A stretch of 64,000 bases of DNA from the NCBI GenBank assembly GCA_965205845.1, contig CBDBIG010000003.1, positions 670,305 to 734,304 on the forward strand. Direction: 5' to 3'. The position numbers and the translations under genes are program-made. Below the pieces are notes generated by a model that was not told the origin of the DNA, searched no databases, and saw nothing but the letters and a program-made list of their open reading frames with translations. The DNA comes from a bacterium (GTDB lineage Bacteria; SAR324; JACQKK01). Positions 10,217-19,741 of the stretch are shown here, piece after piece (positions within the stretch are counted from its first letter, which is position 1; each line of letters begins with the position of its first letter).

Positions 10217-10676
10217 AAGCCCGCAATTACTTCCTTAATTTCTATTTTTGTGGATGGATTGTTAGGTTTCGATAAAACTATCGTGCCATTGGGGTAAAGT
10301 ATAACGATACTACCCATTGCACTCAACAGGCATTTTGCCATCTTTCACGGATGCCGATAAAGTACTCGAACGCACACGAAACAATAGTAGGCAAGCAACA
10401 TAGACTGCGTAAAGCCAAACGAGGCCACCCTAGCACAAGTGCATTCCCACGCACCATGCGCGATTATAGCAGGTTAACCCAATGAGGCACGTTTTATTTT
10501 TTTTGCATACGGTGTAATAAAAACCTTATGGGGTGTAACCCTTAGTGTGAGACACATGAACAAGTGTTCTTAATCGCTCAAAAAGCGGGTGTGCATGATG
10601 CCCATGACGCGATGGGGGTCGTTTGGCGGGTGTTTCGCAAAAAAAATGGCCCCTCCATGGTTTATGACACGAAGGA

Positions 10677-12569
10677 TTGATGAACATGCCTGCTTCCCCA
10701 ATACCTTTAGACCAGACCCGTGAGGCCATTGCTCAAAGCCCTTTTGGCGATGAAGACTGGATTGCTGTCCTCAATTTTGGAGGCCAGTACGCGCATCTCA
10801 TCGCCAAAAAATTGCGCCACTTAGGTTGGAATAGTTTGGCGCTTTCGCCCAATGCCCAACCTCATTTGCTAACAGGTGCCAAGGGTCTCGTTTTGTCGGG
10901 TGGTCCTGCCTCAGTCAACGCGCCAAACCTCCCCTTGTTTAACGCGGTCCTCTTGCAAAAAGTGCCTGCTGTGTTGGGGTTGTGTTACGGGCACCAACTG
11001 TTAGCACGAATCCATCAAGGTCATATCGAGCATCTGGCCATGGGGGAATACGGCGCCACCCCCCTTACCCTTACGCCACAAGGGAGCGTTCACCCAATTT
11101 TTAAAAACCTGCCAAGCACTTTAAGTACATGGATGAGCCATGATGACACGGTAACCCAAGCACCCGCACAATTCAACGTGCTGGCCCGGACCGCTTTTTG
11201 CCCAGTGGCAGCAATGGCGCATAAAACCCAGCAGGTGTACGGCATGCAGTTTCATCCTGAGGTGCAAGACAGCGAAGGGGGCACCCAAATTTTGAAAAAT
11301 TTTGCCATCCTTTGCGAGGCAAAACCCAGCCAGCGTTTACAAAACCCGCTTGACTCATTGCTCGCCGATTGCAAAGCCCAAACGGGGGGCAAAAATGTGC
11401 TCATGTTTTTAAGCGGTGGGGTCGACAGTACCGTGGCTTTTGCGTTGTTAACCCGTGCTTTGGGAAGCCAGCGCGTGCAAGGTCTGCTTTTGGACACGGG
11501 CTTTATGCGCCACCAAGAAGCACAGCAAGCCCATCGCATGCTCCATAATTTAGGTTGGAATGTGTGCCTCAAGGATGCGTCTGCCCTGTTTTATCAAGCG
11601 GTAGAGGGCTTGGTTGACCCTCAAGCCAAACGTCAAGCCGTGGGGGAGGCTTTTTTAAAAGTCCGTGAGCAAGCCATGGTAGACATGGCCTTAAACCCCG
11701 CTGAATGGCTCCTAGGTCAAGGCACGTTGTATTCTGATGTGATTGAATCGGGGGGTGAAGAAAATGCCCATGTGATTAAGCATCATCACAATCGCGTTCC
11801 CAAATTGCAAGAATGGCTTAAGGCAGGTCTAGTGGTCGAGCCCTTGCGTACACTTTACAAAGATGAAGTGCGCAAGCTAGGGCATTTGCTTGGCCTCCCA
11901 ACCGAGATGATTACGCGCCACCCTTTTCCTGGGCCAGGGCTAAGCATGAACGTATTGTGTGCCAATGCAGCCACGCCGCCCGCCGAATGGCCGGCAGCCC
12001 AGCGGGCGGTAAGCCAGTGGCTCAACAAAAAAAATCTAGTCGGTGGTGCTTTACCCGTACGTTCGGTGGGGGTGCAAGGCGATATGCGGAGCTACGCCCC
12101 CCCCGCTTTTTTATGGAGTCAAAGCCAAGACTGGGCCTATTTAGAAAGCCTTTCCGGTGAGATTACCAACCGCTTGCGCGAAGTAAATCGCGTGGTGTTA
12201 CAGCTACGCCCGCGCCAGGCCCCGTTGCAATTGCAAGCATTCAAGGCTTACTGTACGCCAAAGCGGGTGGCGTTGTTGCGTCAAGCAGACCATTTGGCCA
12301 CAAAAGCGCTTCAGCGCTGCGGCTGGTTCGAACGCATTTTTCAATTGCTGGTTATTTTGCTTCCTGTTGCGCCTAAATCCCATGCCACCCAAGGCGAATG
12401 CTTGGTGTTGCGCCCCATCATGTCAGAAGATGTGATGACGGGACGTTTTGCACCCATTCCGTGGCCAACACTCCATGCCTTAAGTGAACAACTCATGCAA
12501 CTGCCCAATGTGCAAGGGGTTTTTTACGACATCACCCATAAACCCCCCGCCACTTTTGGCTGGGAGTAA
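10677..12569 (+). CDS. guaA: GMP synthase (glutamine-hydrolysing), extended form.
   Basis: GATase-1 (GLCYGHQLL, FHPEV), PP-loop (FLSGGVDSTVAF), and C-terminal VIKHHHN...EPLRTLYKDEVRKLG...HPFPGPGL, LPVRSVGVQGD, FYDITHKPPATFGWE. At 630 aa it is ~100 aa longer than typical GuaA. Confidence 0.9.
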   Translation: MMNMPASPIPLDQTREAIAQSPFGDEDWIAVLNFGGQYAHLIAKKLRHLGWNSLALSPNAQPHLLTGAKGLVLSGGPASVNAPNLPLFNAVLLQKVPAVLGLCYGHQLLARIHQGHIEHLAMGEYGATPLTLTPQGSVHPIFKNLPSTLSTWMSHDDTVTQAPAQFNVLARTAFCPVAAMAHKTQQVYGMQFHPEVQDSEGGTQILKNFAILCEAKPSQRLQNPLDSLLADCKAQTGGKNVLMFLSGGVDSTVAFALLTRALGSQRVQGLLLDTGFMRHQEAQQAHRMLHNLGWNVCLKDASALFYQAVEGLVDPQAKRQAVGEAFLKVREQAMVDMALNPAEWLLGQGTLYSDVIESGGEENAHVIKHHHNRVPKLQEWLKAGLVVEPLRTLYKDEVRKLGHLLGLPTEMITRHPFPGPGLSMNVLCANAATPPAEWPAAQRAVSQWLNKKNLVGGALPVRSVGVQGDMRSYAPPAFLWSQSQDWAYLESLSGEITNRLREVNRVVLQLRPRQAPLQLQAFKAYCTPKRVALLRQADHLATKALQRCGWFERIFQLLVILLPVAPKSHATQGECLVLRPIMSEDVMTGRFAPIPWPTLHALSEQLMQLPNVQGVFYDITHKPPATFGWE

Positions 12570-12866
12570 CCGTCCTTATATTTTTGGTGGAAGATTGCGG
12601 AATATCGCGAAAGGCACTGTGCCCGCCAATGTGCAAGGGGTTTTTGGTGGGTGATAGTGGGCGTGCCAAGACCCATGCTTTGCGACTGGAAATAACGATG
12701 GGTTTTTATGGTTAATTGCGGTTTCCACGCGGGTTTGTGGTCACTTTATCAGCCTGCAAAAAGAGGGTCCTAATCCCCTTTGGTTACGCTCGCCATGAAC
12801 AAAAGCGCGGGCATGGATACCCTTTGCGGTAGCCGTGCCTTTGATGAGGGCAGCGAGACACGCCAC

Positions 12867-13496
12867 TTAGCCAATGAGTGCCCTCATGGGATCAACTAAC
12901 AACACCAAACCAGCCCCCGTAACGGCAATTCCAGCAACGCGTGGGAACAAGGCAATGGGGGATGCAAGGCGCAAGATGCGCGTGGTAACGGTTGCCGTTC
13001 CAAAAACAAGCAGCATTTGAACGCTGCCCAAGCCAAGCAAATAGCTTGCAATCGGCCCCGTTTGGGCGCCAATTACGGCCTCGCCATAAGCCATGCCGTG
13101 AAACACGCCTGCCAGGGCACCCAAACCGATGCAAACCAAAAGGGGGTAACCACGCCCCAAAGCGAGGACAATGCCAACGCCAACCAGTGACAAAGCCACC
13201 CAGACCTCACCCCATGGAAGGCCTACGCCAAGCACGCTAAAACCCGTGCCAAGGATGGTGCCACCAATAAAAAAAACGGGGAGCAAGATGCGCGAGGCGT
13301 AAACCGCCGCCAGCAAACCAACCGCCAACACAAAGGCAAAATGGTCTATCTCAATCACAGGATGGGCAAAACCCGAAAAAAGACCTTCAAGCAAGGTGCT
13401 GGGGGGGTTGCCTGCCAAGGGGTGGTGCCCAAAAGCAAGAGGGCTAAACAGAAGGTCCAGCCCTAAAAAAAGCCCCACCAACAACCGTAAAGCCAT
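12867..13496 (-). CDS. HupE/UreJ-family membrane protein (putative Ni/Co transporter).
   Basis: Signal peptide followed by FGHHPLAG, FAHPVIEIDH and FHGMAYGE motifs; polytopic membrane protein. The ORF opens at 13577; the likely start is MALRLL. Confidence 0.6.
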   Translation of the reverse strand: MALRLLVGLFLGLDLLFSPLAFGHHPLAGNPPSTLLEGLFSGFAHPVIEIDHFAFVLAVGLLAAVYASRILLPVFFIGGTILGTGFSVLGVGLPWGEVWVALSLVGVGIVLALGRGYPLLVCIGLGALAGVFHGMAYGEAVIGAQTGPIASYLLGLGSVQMLLVFGTATVTTRILRLASPIALFPRVAGIAVTGAGLVLLVDPMRALIG

Positions 13497-14060
13497 GCCC
13501 TTTTTGGAATGTCTTGGATGCACCTGGTGTGGTGTGGGGCCTTTACCCTTTAAAATTGGGTTTAACATGGGGAGCATAAGCCAGCCTTTTTTGATTGGGT
13601 TTGTGGGTTTAAAACATGGATACAGCTTATGGGCTGCTCAATTGAGGATGGGTAACAAAACCGGGCGGGCGGGTCTCTATAAGATCTTTGCTAAAGCATC
13701 AGGTGCAATCTCACGCGCCACAGCGTGTGTAACCAGCGTGTGTAACCATGTGCGTGGTCCGCCAGCCCGCCCCTTGGCGAAACGGACTTAAGTGGCCATC
13801 TAGATAGTGTGATCCATAGCCATGCTTTGTCAATTTTTGGTGAAGCATGGTGTTTAACATAGGGGGGCTTGCCTGTAAGGCAGGGTGAATGTTAGGGTGC
13901 GTGGTGGTTAACCGGGGGCACGTTGGCTGCAAGGTGCTGCAAAGGCAATCCATGGCCATGGGTGGGTGAGATTTTAAGGATGTGTTGGAAAAACAATCTG
14001 ATGGCTTTGATTGGGTTTGTGGGTTTTAGTGTTGACAGATGGGTTTGAGGAGCGCGTTTT

Positions 14061-14951
14061 ATGATGTTGAAAGTGATTTTTTTTGGTTTAGGTAAAATGG
14101 GGTTTCCAATGGCAGAAAACCTGCTTAAAGCAGGCCATGTGGTATACGGGCATGACATTGTAGCGCAAGCGTGCAAGGCTTTTGCAGCGTGCGGAGGAAA
14201 AGTGATTGACGATCTCGACGCTGTATTGGGCGAGGCTGAGGTGGTGGTGAGCATGCTACCCGCAGGTGAGCATGTTAAGGCACTTTACACCGGTGGCCTC
14301 TTTAAAAAGGTGAAGCAGGGGTGTTCCATCATCGACTGCTCCACCATTGAGGTGAGCGTTGCCCGTGAGGTTGCTGCCTTGGCTGCCAAGCAAGGGCTAT
14401 CGTTGCTCGATGCCCCCGTTTCGGGCGGTGTGGGTGGCGCTACGGCGGGGAGCCTAACCTTTATGGTGGGGGGGGATGAAGCGGCGTTTAAAGCGCTTGA
14501 ACCCCTGTTTAAAGCGATGGGGAAGAACATTATTTTGGCAGGCCCAAGCGGGGCGGGGCAAGCTGCCAAAATGTGCAATAACCTCATGTTGGGGATCCAA
14601 ATGCTTGCGGTGTGCGAAGGGTTTAATTTGGCCGATGCCGTGGGTTTGGATCGCGCGAAACTTTTTGCCGTTGCTTCGACCGCTTCAGGGCAGTGTTGGT
14701 CCCTCACCAATTACTGTCCCATACCTGGCCCTGTGCCCACGGCCCCGTCTAATCGCGACTATGCCGCGGGGTTTACGGCAGCCTTGATGCTCAAAGATAT
14801 GAAACTGGGGGATGTGGCTGCGGATGAAACCCAAACGGCGATCCCCCTTGCCCGGATGGCACTGGCACAATACGCAAAATTCTGCGAAAGTGGCGGCGCT
14901 GAAAAGGATTTTTCTGGAGTAATTACCATGCTGCGCAACGCACATTCGTAA
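14061..14951 (+). CDS. mmsB: 3-hydroxyisobutyrate dehydrogenase.
   Basis: N-terminal GxGxxG Rossmann (FFGLGKMGFPMAENL) and 6PGDH/HIBADH family blocks. Sits upstream of a HIBCH-like gene. Confidence 0.8.
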   Translation: MMLKVIFFGLGKMGFPMAENLLKAGHVVYGHDIVAQACKAFAACGGKVIDDLDAVLGEAEVVVSMLPAGEHVKALYTGGLFKKVKQGCSIIDCSTIEVSVAREVAALAAKQGLSLLDAPVSGGVGGATAGSLTFMVGGDEAAFKALEPLFKAMGKNIILAGPSGAGQAAKMCNNLMLGIQMLAVCEGFNLADAVGLDRAKLFAVASTASGQCWSLTNYCPIPGPVPTAPSNRDYAAGFTAALMLKDMKLGDVAADETQTAIPLARMALAQYAKFCESGGAEKDFSGVITMLRNAHS

Positions 14952-14968
14952 AACGGCTCGAACAAAGC

Positions 14969-16060
14969 ATGAAAACCACGCAAGCCGACCTATTAATTAC
15001 GCAACGCGGTTGTCTGGGGGTTATTGTGCTCAATAAGCCCGCCACCTTGAATGCCTTGAATATGAACATGGTGCAGGGCATTACCAAACAATTGCAGGCA
15101 TGGCTGCATGATAATAGCGTTGCGCGGGTGGTGCTTACTGGCGCGGGGGAGCGGGCCTTTTGTGCGGGCGGGGACATTCGTCATTTGTATGAAACGGGCG
15201 TGGGTAACCCCGCCGCAGGTCCCAGCCTTGAAGCGCAGCGTTTTTTTTCCCGTGAATACCAATTAAACTACCGCATTCATCGCTATCCTAAGCCGATTAT
15301 TGCCCTGATTAACGGCATTACCATGGGGGGCGGTGCGGGCCTTGCCATGCATGCGCACCTGCGTATTGCGGGGTCTTTGTCCAGGTTTGCCATGCCCGAA
15401 AACGCGTTGGGGTTTTTCCCGGATGTGGGAGCCACACGCTTTCTCAATCAATGTGGGGGGGGGATTGGCCTCTGGCTAGGATTGACGGGTAGTGCCGTAA
15501 AAGGGAGTGCGATGGTAAGTGCAGGCCTCGCGCAAATGGCTGTGCCCAATGAAGCCTTTGAAGATGTGGTGCAGGTGCTGCAGCGGCCTTTGCCTGAGCC
15601 TTTGGATGTGCTTGGATTGCAGCACTTGTTAACACCCTATGCCTTGCCTGAGACGACCCTCGAACACCAGGCGCAAGTGGATGCCGTCTTTGCCAGCCCA
15701 AGGGATTTGGCGGCCGTGTTTGCAGCGTTGAAACGCTTCGACAACGGCCCGTCTGCGTCATGGGCTGGGCAGATTCTAAAAGCGTTGGCCAAGGCTTCTC
15801 CGACCTCACTTGCCTTGTGCTTTCAACAACTAAACCAAGGCAAGGAGTTGGATGCAAAAGCAGCCCTTGTGCGTGAGTTTCGCATGGCGATGCATGCGCT
15901 ACGGCGGCCCGATTTTTATCAGGGGGTGAAGCGTGCCATCCTCGAGCGGAGCTACAAGCCCCAATGGCAGCCCGCCACCTTGGATGCGGTTACACCCGCT
16001 GTCGTCGCTGCGTTTTTTGAACCCCCTGCATGTGGTGATTTAACATTGCCTTCATCTTAA
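14969..16060 (+). CDS. 3-hydroxyisobutyryl-CoA hydrolase (crotonase superfamily).
   Basis: LNKPATLNALN...VLTGAGERAFCAGGDI crotonase fold with a long C-terminal domain typical of HIBCH. Confidence 0.75.
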   Translation: MKTTQADLLITQRGCLGVIVLNKPATLNALNMNMVQGITKQLQAWLHDNSVARVVLTGAGERAFCAGGDIRHLYETGVGNPAAGPSLEAQRFFSREYQLNYRIHRYPKPIIALINGITMGGGAGLAMHAHLRIAGSLSRFAMPENALGFFPDVGATRFLNQCGGGIGLWLGLTGSAVKGSAMVSAGLAQMAVPNEAFEDVVQVLQRPLPEPLDVLGLQHLLTPYALPETTLEHQAQVDAVFASPRDLAAVFAALKRFDNGPSASWAGQILKALAKASPTSLALCFQQLNQGKELDAKAALVREFRMAMHALRRPDFYQGVKRAILERSYKPQWQPATLDAVTPAVVAAFFEPPACGDLTLPSS

Positions 16061-16071
16061 ATCTCAACCCT

Positions 16072-16563
16072 TTGAGGACTGTTTTTAACATGGCGCAAAA
16101 AACGCAGAAAGTATGCTACGAGGCCCGTTATTTTCAGGATTTTTCTGTGGGGGATCTGTTTCAAACGGGTACCCATCGGGTGACCAAAGAGGAAATTATA
16201 GCCTTTGCACGCCAGTACGACCCCCAGCCTTACCATTTAGACGAAAGTGCAGCGGAAAAAAGCATGTTCAAAGGCCTGATTGCCAGCGGGTTTATGACCC
16301 TTGGGATTGGTTTTGCCCTTTCTTACCGAACCGGTGTGCTCGACCACATGATGGGGGGGCGGGGCCTTGATGAATTGCGCTGGTTGGTGCCTGTGCGCCC
16401 GGGGGATGTTTTAATGGCAAAAGCACGTGTCGTTTCCACGCGCCCTTCTTCGCGTGATGTGTCTCGGGGGACGGTGGTGTTTGATTACAGCATCATCAAT
16501 CAGCGCAATGAGGCCGTGTTGACGATGAAAGCACACCAAATGATTGCAACGCGTCCCCAATGA
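16072..16563 (+). CDS. MaoC-like (R)-specific enoyl-CoA hydratase / hot-dog dehydratase.
   Basis: 163 aa; MaoC dehydratase motif region (FKGLIASGFMTLGIGFAL). Confidence 0.7.
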   Translation: MRTVFNMAQKTQKVCYEARYFQDFSVGDLFQTGTHRVTKEEIIAFARQYDPQPYHLDESAAEKSMFKGLIASGFMTLGIGFALSYRTGVLDHMMGGRGLDELRWLVPVRPGDVLMAKARVVSTRPSSRDVSRGTVVFDYSIINQRNEAVLTMKAHQMIATRPQ

Positions 16564-16800
16564 TGCTGCCTTTCTGCAAGGGGTTGTTCAAGGCGATTGT
16601 CTTTGAGAATTTCGTTCACATCCAAAAAGGGGGGGTCGTGTGCTGCTGCCTTTCTGCAAGGGGTTGTTCAAGGCGATTGTCTTTGAGAATTTCGTTCGCA
16701 TCCAAAAAGGAGGGGTCGTGTGCTGCTGCCTTTCTGCAAGGGGTTGTTCAAGGCGATTGTCTTTGAGAATTTCGTTCGCATCCAAAAAGGAGGGACCTTT
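16561..16800. repeat. 80-bp tandem repeat x3, between the MaoC-like gene and the methyltransferase.
   Basis: The unit gctgcctttctgcaaggggttgttcaaggcgattgtctttgagaatttcgttc(a/g)catccaaaaag... recurs at 16563, 16643 and 16723. Confidence 0.85.
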
Positions 16801-16905
16801 GCCTGAATGCTTTGACGGACACCCTACAGGATTATGGGGTTTTTTGGAAACAATCAAGAAAGTAGGGCAAAAAGGAGGCGCAAACCTCCTTTATAATATT
16901 GAAGC

Positions 16906-17724
16906 GTGATACGAGAGACAAGATGCGCACCGCTGACAAATCGAATTATTTCGGCAGATTGCATTGACGCCACAGCCAAAATGCCAGCAGATCTGGTGGA
17001 TTTAACCGTTTTTTCCCCGCCCTACGATACCATTCGGGACTATCAAAAGGGTTGGCAGATCGATTTTCCCGTACTGGGAAAAAATGTGTATCGCGTTACC
17101 AAAACAGGGGGCCTTTGCGCGGTTGTTATCAACGATGGCACGCGGCGCTTTGCCAAGTCGCTTACCAGTTTTAGGTTGGTGGTCGATTGGTGTGATAAAG
17201 CGGGTTGGCGTCTGTTTGAAACGTGTATTTATCACCGTGATGGCAACCCAGGGGCGTGGTGGAAAAACCGCTTTAGGGTCGATCATGAGTATATCTTCTT
17301 GTTTTTAAAAGGCGAACGTCCCAAAACCTTTCACAAAGAACCCCTCATGATTCCTAGCAAGCATGCAGGCAGGCGCTACTCGGGGACAGATCGGCTGACC
17401 AACGGTCAATTCAAAAAAATTGTTCCAAAAACGGTCAACCCATTTAAATGCAGAGGGACGGTTTGGCGCTATGCCACGAGCAATACAGAAGGTAACAAAC
17501 TAAAACGTCAACATCCCGCCACCTACCCCGATCAACTGGCAGAAGATTTAATTTTGTGTTTTTCAAATGCGGGTGAAGTGGTCCTTGACCCCATGTGTGG
17601 GAGTGGGACCACGTGTGTGATGGCCTTAAAAAATGAGCGTCAATTTATTGGCCTTGAAATCAATGAAGCATACTGTAAGGTGGCCCAAATGCGCCTTCAA
17701 CAAGAATGTGCACAGCCGATCTAA
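16906..17724 (+). CDS. Solitary beta-class DNA methyltransferase (SPPY motif IV then DPMCGSGTT motif I; N4C/N6A type).
   Basis: VDLTVFSPPY...HPATYPDQLAEDLI...VVLDPMCGSGTTCVMALKNERQFIGLEINEAYCKVA. No adjacent nuclease gene; embedded among acyl-CoA catabolic genes. Confidence 0.85.
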   Translation: MIRETRCAPLTNRIISADCIDATAKMPADLVDLTVFSPPYDTIRDYQKGWQIDFPVLGKNVYRVTKTGGLCAVVINDGTRRFAKSLTSFRLVVDWCDKAGWRLFETCIYHRDGNPGAWWKNRFRVDHEYIFLFLKGERPKTFHKEPLMIPSKHAGRRYSGTDRLTNGQFKKIVPKTVNPFKCRGTVWRYATSNTEGNKLKRQHPATYPDQLAEDLILCFSNAGEVVLDPMCGSGTTCVMALKNERQFIGLEINEAYCKVAQMRLQQECAQPI

Positions 17725-18004
17725 AGCCGCGGCATCTTACTAAACTTGCTTTCAAAAAGGCGGGTGCATGGGGTGTGGGTGCGCAAAATGGATTGCGCGC
17801 ATCTCCCCCCCTCCCCATCTCACCTTCGCACCTTTTGATGCGCTGCGCTGCGAAGCCAAAAGCGTCGTTTGATACGCGGCGGGGCGGATCATGTTGATGA
17901 AGGCCTGATCTGAAAAGATCACAAAAGCCTTGCATTTATCGCTTCATTTGGGTAGTAAGGCGTAGGTCTCCTATTCCGGATGCACGGTTTTCTAATATCA
18001 ACAA

Positions 18005-19171
18005 TTGCTAAGGAATCCCATGATGAACACAACCCAAAACGTTGAAAATATGCTCAGTGAGGAAGAGCGCCTGTTTGTGCATACGGCCAGAAATTTTGCC
18101 GATGGGCATCTGCGCCCCCATGCAGACGCGTGGGATACGAGCGGAGAATATGACAAAAGCACCCTCGGCGCACTGGGTGATCTGGGTTTTTTGGGGGTGT
18201 TGGTGGGCGAAGAATGGGGTGGAATTGGTGCTGAGCAGGTACCCTATGCGCTTTCGCTCATGGAAATAGCAGCAGGCGATGCCTCGACTTCGGCGATAGT
18301 GGGCGTGCATAACACCGTGTGTAGCGTGTTTGAACGTTATGGAAATGCTGAGCAAAAACACCGCTTGCTAAAACCCCTTGCCAGTGGTGAGCATATTGGT
18401 GCGTTTGCCCTCACCGAACCCCAGGCGGGTTCAGATGCCTCTAATTTGCTCACCAAAGCGGAGAAAAATGGGAGCGGATGGCGCTTAAACGGCTCTAAGC
18501 AGTTTATTACCAATGCGGGTTTTGCTGAAACGGTGGTGGTCTTTGCCGTAACCGACCCTCAAGCGGGAAAAAAGGGAATTTCGGCTTTTGCAGTCCGAAC
18601 GGGGCAGGCGGGCTTTAAGGCCATGCCGGCGGAGAAAAAGCTGGGCATTCGTGCATCTGATACCCGTGCCTTGGTGTTTGAAGATGTTAAAATTGCAGAA
18701 CATAATTTAATTGGGCAATTGGGCGAGGGCTATAAAATTGCCCTGTCTACCTTAGAAGCAGGGCGCATAACCATTGCCGCCCAAGCGACGGGCATTGCCA
18801 GTGAGGCTTTGAATCGTGCATTGGCGTACGCACGTGTGCGCAAAGCCTTTGGCAAACCCATTTACGAACTCCAGGCTGTGCAGTTTCGCCTGGCAGACTG
18901 TATGGCCAAACTTGAAATGATTCGCCAAGTGACCCTACATGCTGCGCGCTTAAAAGATGCAGGCCAGCCATGTATCAGGGAGGCTTGTATCGCCAAATTG
19001 CAGGCGAGTGAACTGGCTGAAACGATTGTATCGGACTGCCTGCAAACCTACGGGGGGTATGGTTTTTTGAAAGAATACGGACTTGAACGCATGTATCGCG
19101 ATGTGCGGATATGTAAAATTTATGAGGGCACCTCGGACATTCAAAAATTGATCATTGCACGCAACATGTAA
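18005..19171 (+). CDS. Acyl-CoA dehydrogenase. From context, probably isobutyryl-/short-branched-chain acyl-CoA dehydrogenase.
   Basis: ACAD N/M/C domains (GAFALTEPQAGSDAS, YEGTSDIQKLIIAR). Confidence 0.85.
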   Translation: MLRNPMMNTTQNVENMLSEEERLFVHTARNFADGHLRPHADAWDTSGEYDKSTLGALGDLGFLGVLVGEEWGGIGAEQVPYALSLMEIAAGDASTSAIVGVHNTVCSVFERYGNAEQKHRLLKPLASGEHIGAFALTEPQAGSDASNLLTKAEKNGSGWRLNGSKQFITNAGFAETVVVFAVTDPQAGKKGISAFAVRTGQAGFKAMPAEKKLGIRASDTRALVFEDVKIAEHNLIGQLGEGYKIALSTLEAGRITIAAQATGIASEALNRALAYARVRKAFGKPIYELQAVQFRLADCMAKLEMIRQVTLHAARLKDAGQPCIREACIAKLQASELAETIVSDCLQTYGGYGFLKEYGLERMYRDVRICKIYEGTSDIQKLIIARNM

Positions 19172-19237
19172 GAAAAAAGGGTATTTGAGATTTTAAAAAA
19201 GTTGCCATAAGCCTTATCAACCCGCTTTAAGGGAGAA

Positions 19238-19660
19238 ATGCCTTTGAGTATCGAAAAATTCGCAGCCCAGTTAACCCGAGCCGTACCTTTTGCTGAGCAG
19301 TTTGGCATCCAAATCACCTCTGCCCGAGCGGGGGTGGTGACGGTAGAAATGGCCATCAGCGCACAGCATTTAAGGCCAGGGGGGAGCGTGAGCGGGCCGG
19401 TGATGATGACTATGGTCGATCTGCTTGCCTATGCGTGCATTTTAAACCAACACCCCGAGGCCGTAGAGGCCGTAACGGTGAGCCAAAATAATCAGTTTTT
19501 ATCGCGCCCAACCGTAGCGCCGCTTAAAGGAAAAGGCACGCTTGTAAAAGTTGGAAAAAAGCTTGCTTTTATCGAAATTGTGTTATACCAGTTGTCCATT
19601 GCGAATCCGGTGTGTATGGCTTCGAGTATCTACGCGATGCCCCCAGGTTTGCATGCGTGA
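19238..19660 (+). CDS. PaaI/YbgC-type hot-dog acyl-CoA thioesterase.
   Basis: 140 aa; PaaI-like pattern (GVVTVEM...GGSVSGPVMMTMVDL). Confidence 0.6.
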   Translation: MPLSIEKFAAQLTRAVPFAEQFGIQITSARAGVVTVEMAISAQHLRPGGSVSGPVMMTMVDLLAYACILNQHPEAVEAVTVSQNNQFLSRPTVAPLKGKGTLVKVGKKLAFIEIVLYQLSIANPVCMASSIYAMPPGLHA

Positions 19661-19741
19661 CTGCTTGCGGTGAATGGTACGTTATTAAAAGGGTTCATTT
19701 GAGTGCAATCTCGCGCAATCCTCTCGTTGAAGAAAGTAAAA

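Noticed and set aside
12600-12660. Short partial duplicate of the guaA 3' end (ccaatgtgcaaggggttttt) ~110 bp downstream of guaA
   Set aside because: Only ~25 bp; it could be a terminator-region echo or chance and is too short to interpret.
16560-16909. ORFs 16560..16766 and 16640..16909 (+)
   Set aside because: Generated by the 80-bp x3 tandem repeat; identical peptide blocks are a repeat artefact.
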